Shown: one piece after another, positions 23,025-26,352 of the stretch | How the letters are laid out: every line of letters begins with the position of its first letter | Numbering within the stretch: the stretch's first letter is position 1 | DNA from: Hyphomicrobiales bacterium | GTDB taxonomy: Bacteria > Pseudomonadota > Alphaproteobacteria > Rhizobiales > OSC116 | DNA: 26,352 nucleotides | Reading direction: 5' to 3' | NCBI GenBank assembly: GCA_013214985.1 | Contig: JABSRY010000001.1 | Coordinates: 1 to 26,352, forward strand | Program-made: the position numbers and the translations under genes | The notes under the pieces: generated by a model | Database searches by the model: none | What the model saw: the letters and a program-made list of their open reading frames with translations, nothing else | What the model was told of the DNA's origin: nothing

Positions 23025-23109
23025 ACCTAAATATGTTGCTTGTTTTTTAACATGTTTATAGGCTCAGATGAAAATATCAATAAAAACCTAAAATCTTTGC
23101 GACAGAACC
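23025..23109. mobile_element. Residual end of a second IS6-like element
   Basis: A third repeat, TTTGCGACAGAACC at 23096-23109, coincides with the point where the TIM-barrel homology breaks. Confidence 0.7.
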
Positions 23110-23443
23110 CTTTCTGTAACCGAGTACCAAATTCAGACCATTTAACGGCTGTTAGGGGGCGTTCTTCGGGCGATAAATAAGGGCAAAATATAGCCTTCAT
23201 ATTTGTTGCACGAATAACCGCCATACAACCTTCAATATCGTTCTCTAACTCATCAATTCCAAAATGACCTGAAGTCATTTGTAAACCAGAAAGTTCCAGT
23301 GCATTGGTGAGCTTTTCTAAATCATTATATAGATCGCTAAACCCTTCGACTTGCTCATACCCCATTGAAGCTATCGTTTTCAATAGATCTGCCAATGAAG
23401 AAAAATTACGTGCACTATAAAGTTGGAATGAATATTTTTTCAA
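23110..23443 (-). pseudogene. Sugar phosphate isomerase/epimerase (xylose isomerase-like TIM barrel), C-terminal half missing
   Basis: 'SFQLYSAR.F', 'GY.QVEG', 'M.SGHF', 'PYL.PEERP.....W..FG..L'. After ~111 codons it reads into the IS6-like repeat, and the usual HNH and downstream metal ligands are absent. Confidence 0.8.
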
Positions 23444-23523
23444 TTTTCAATTTTTCCTTAATTTATTCATCAGTTTATTGAAAATCTGATGAATTGATTA
23501 TATTTTTAAATTTTTATGTCAGC

Positions 23524-24702
23524 TCAAAGATTTAGGCACTTTGTTAAGGCAACAATTAGAAGTCTTGCTTCTTCAACTGTGTTATAAACTTGAATCGAAA
23601 TTCTTATCATGCATCGGCCTCTCCATCTGTAGACGGGTATTTCAATGTTGAAGTCTTCATATAATGTCCGTTTTAAGTCATCTACATCACATTCAGGTAG
23701 TTGCAGCGCAATCATTTGAGGTGCACAAAATTCAGGAGTACTTAACAATGGAATTTTGGTTAAATTACTGATAATTTGTGCGGTTTCTTTTGCTAAAGCA
23801 TCTGCTTGTTTTACTCTCTCACTCCAGTTATGCCGTTTCATAAATTTAATGGCATCTGGTGTTGCTAACCACGCAGCAGGGTCACGCGTTCCTCTAATTT
23901 CAAAACAATCAATGAAGCGGCTATTCCCAAAACCACCCTGTTGCTCTGGCCCACCTAACTGTGTCTTCCAACCATGGCTGACCACAATTGGTTCAAGCAA
24001 CGGCTGGACTTTTTTCCTTGCCCACAAAAAAGCAGACCCTTTTGGTGCCATCATCCACTTATGACAATTACCACAATAAAAATCAGCACCAAGAGCATCT
24101 AAATCCAAATCTATTAAACTTGGTGCATGCGCACCATCAATTATACTTATAATGCCCCTTGAACGGGCCTCCGCCACAACATCTTTTATTGGGAATAATA
24201 ATGCTGTTGGCGAAGAAATATGACTCAAAAACAATATTTTGGTTTTCTCAGTCATTGCATTAATTAACGTATCGACAAATTGTTCTTTGTTAACAAAAGG
24301 TAACGAAATTTCCACCTCTACAATTTTTGCACCTGATCGTTTTGCAACCAACTCCCAAGTATTTTCTAGTGCGGCATATTCATGATTGATCGTTAATATT
24401 TCATCACCTGGCTGTAGTTTTAGCGAGTGCGCAACAATATTCAGACCTTCCGTTGCATTAATGACACCCACTAAATCCTCAGATGAGGCTCCTAGTTCTT
24501 TCGCTAGGGCCATTCTGACGGTTTTGAAATTATTAATAATGTCGCGTGATTGATCCAGAAATTCTACGGGTTGCTGCTCTAATTTCAATTGCCAAGCTTG
24601 ATATGCCTCAAACACGGGTTTTGGGCATGCACCAAATGAGCCATGATTCAAGAACACCATGTCTTTTTTTAATAAAAATAATTCGCGCATTTTTTTGGTC
24701 AA
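23524..24702 (-). CDS. PLP-dependent class V aminotransferase (isopenicillin N epimerase / L-cysteine desulfhydrase-like)
   Basis: 'FLNHGSFGACP', 'NATEG', 'SHISSPTA..FP', 'DGAHA', PLP lysine in 'GNCHKWM.APKG'. Confidence 0.9.
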   Translation of the reverse strand: MTKKMRELFLLKKDMVFLNHGSFGACPKPVFEAYQAWQLKLEQQPVEFLDQSRDIINNFKTVRMALAKELGASSEDLVGVINATEGLNIVAHSLKLQPGDEILTINHEYAALENTWELVAKRSGAKIVEVEISLPFVNKEQFVDTLINAMTEKTKILFLSHISSPTALLFPIKDVVAEARSRGIISIIDGAHAPSLIDLDLDALGADFYCGNCHKWMMAPKGSAFLWARKKVQPLLEPIVVSHGWKTQLGGPEQQGGFGNSRFIDCFEIRGTRDPAAWLATPDAIKFMKRHNWSERVKQADALAKETAQIISNLTKIPLLSTPEFCAPQMIALQLPECDVDDLKRTLYEDFNIEIPVYRWRGRCMIRISIQVYNTVEEARLLIVALTKCLNL

Positions 24703-24706
24703 TTTA

Positions 24707-25630
24707 TTACCCCTTTAAAGTTGGATCAAGCGCATCTCTTAATCCGTCACCAAATAATGTTGTCGCCAGGACTGTTACAGCCAATGCTAATGTTGGGAAA
24801 AGCGCTAGATGCCAATAAAAGAACATAAAGTCAATACCTATATTAATCATTTGCCCCCAACTCGGAAGTGGTGGAGCAATTCCAACACCTAAAAAACTTA
24901 AACCTGCTTCTAACATCATCGCAAGTGGAATGGCCTGAACAAAGCCAACAATAACTGGAGAAATTGAGTTTGGAATAAGATGTTTGAAAATTATGTATTG
25001 ATGAGAGCCACCAAGTGCTTTTGCTGCACGAACAAATTCTGCATCTCGTAATGCCATAACTTGGCCCCTCACTAACAAACAAACAGGCACCCAGCCAAAT
25101 AAAGCAGCAATTGCTACGATGCTGAGAAATCCACCACCTGTAAGTGCTGCTAAAAGCAGTGCAGCCATTAAAGGCGGGACAACTGAGAATATTTCCACGA
25201 TACGCATGACGAACCAGTCAACGGTGCCTCCGTAATATCCAGAAAGTGCGCCGAGTGGCAAACCTATAAATACGCTGAATGTGGCAGCGATAAATCCAAT
25301 GCTAAGGGAGATGCGCGCACCGTAAACAATGCGGGTGTAAAAATCTCTGCCTAAATCATCTACGCCAAACCAATGCTCCGCCGAAGGAAAGCTTAAGTTT
25401 TCCGTGAGGAATTTCTGTTCTTCATAGCTTGTTGGCGTAATGTAGGGCGCGAGGCCAGCCATCAAAATGATGATTAGTAAGATGGTACCAGACACGACCG
25501 CGCCTCTATTCGCAATAAATCGACGCCACGCATAATATAATGGATTTCTAGTAACTGGTAAGTTCTCAGTTGTTTCTACACCCGAATTTGACTTATTTAT
25601 TTCGGGTTGTGTTGCATCTAAATTCGTCAT
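24707..25630 (-). CDS. Peptide/nickel ABC transporter permease (OppC/DppC-like)
   Basis: 'HWFG.DDLGRD.Y.RI.YGAR.SL', EAA loop 'EFVRAAKALG', 'H.IPN', 'PSWG.MI'. Confidence 0.95.
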   Translation of the reverse strand: MTNLDATQPEINKSNSGVETTENLPVTRNPLYYAWRRFIANRGAVVSGTILLIIILMAGLAPYITPTSYEEQKFLTENLSFPSAEHWFGVDDLGRDFYTRIVYGARISLSIGFIAATFSVFIGLPLGALSGYYGGTVDWFVMRIVEIFSVVPPLMAALLLAALTGGGFLSIVAIAALFGWVPVCLLVRGQVMALRDAEFVRAAKALGGSHQYIIFKHLIPNSISPVIVGFVQAIPLAMMLEAGLSFLGVGIAPPLPSWGQMINIGIDFMFFYWHLALFPTLALAVTVLATTLFGDGLRDALDPTLKG

Positions 25631-26352
25631 TTAATAACTTTCCCTCCCAATCTAATTTTTGGGTTTAACATTGCGTAGACGATATCTGTTAAGAAATATG
25701 CGAAGCAGAACATAACTGTAATCATGAGAATTAAAGCCATTTCTAACGGGTAATCTCTCGTTTTAATACTTGAAACAAAGTAAGCACCGAGTCCGGGTAC
25801 TCTAAACATTGCCTCCACAAAAATACTACCTGTTGCAGTTCCTATAAACATTGGTAAAAATACAGTAACCATTGGAATTGCGGAATTACGTAAAACATGC
25901 TGAAAAATTACTTTTCGCTCGGGTAAACCCTTGGCACGTAATACCATAACAAAAGGCTTGTTAAGCGTGTCGAGCATTGCTGATCTAGTAAATCTGGCGT
26001 AGGTCGCTGTCGGAATTGCTGCATAAGCAATAATTGGTAATATCCATTTTTTCGGCTCTCCCCATCCGCTTGCAGGTAACCAGTTCAGCCACACAGCAAA
26101 AACTAAAATCAAGAGCATGCTTGAAACAAATACTGGAATTGTGAGACCAAGTGTTGAAATGCCTGAGGCAACATAATCAATCCAACTGTTGCGGTTTATG
26201 GCTGCTAATATTCCGAGCATTATGCCGAACAGTGTACTAAAAAGCACGCCGCCGCCGCCCAAAACTAGACTGGGAACCCACGCCCGCCCAAGTAGCTCTA
26301 AAACGGTTTCACCAGGGCTTTGATAAGATACGCCAAAGTCGAAGTGTAAAAC
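25627..26352 (-). CDS. Peptide/nickel ABC transporter permease (OppB/DppB-like), 5' part outside window
   Basis: The frame is open to the window edge (VLHFDFGVSYQSPGETV...); 'R.TRSAML..L.K.FV...RAKGL', 'H.LRN', 'VE..F..PGLG', 'RDYP'. Confidence 0.95.
   Translation of the reverse strand, partial: VLHFDFGVSYQSPGETVLELLGRAWVPSLVLGGGGVLFSTLFGIMLGILAAINRNSWIDYVASGISTLGLTIPVFVSSMLLILVFAVWLNWLPASGWGEPKKWILPIIAYAAIPTATYARFTRSAMLDTLNKPFVMVLRAKGLPERKVIFQHVLRNSAIPMVTVFLPMFIGTATGSIFVEAMFRVPGLGAYFVSSIKTRDYPLEMALILMITVMFCFAYFLTDIVYAMLNPKIRLGGKVIK

Overview
Positions 1-22006 are the left ~22 kb of a Mu-like (transposable) prophage lying on the minus strand. Reading from its left end (5'-TG at 22006) it carries: repressor plus an AT-rich companion gene (+ strand); ner; accessory ORFs; MuA-like DDE transposase; an unusual stand-alone DDE catalytic-core paralog; MuB-like ATPase; early accessory genes (wHTH, HTH, DnaA-domain-IV-like, Gam, two unannotated 53-aa ORFs, GemA); a Mor/C activator; lysis genes; gp25-gp27-like genes; terminase; portal; MuF with a C-terminal extension; a 464-bp non-coding gap; protease/scaffold; decoration protein; major capsid; gp35/gp36/gpG-like genes; and a gp37-like start interrupted by a stop. 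The tail genes and right end lie outside the window. The prophage ends 1 bp before the ATG of a tyrosine integrase, whose C-terminus is cut off by a 148-bp element with IS6-family-like inverted repeats. A third such repeat truncates a TIM-barrel gene. The rest is an ordinary host operon (class V aminotransferase, two peptide ABC permeases). The gene content suggests an AT-rich alphaproteobacterial host (inference). All family calls are from motif recognition and synteny; no database searches were run.
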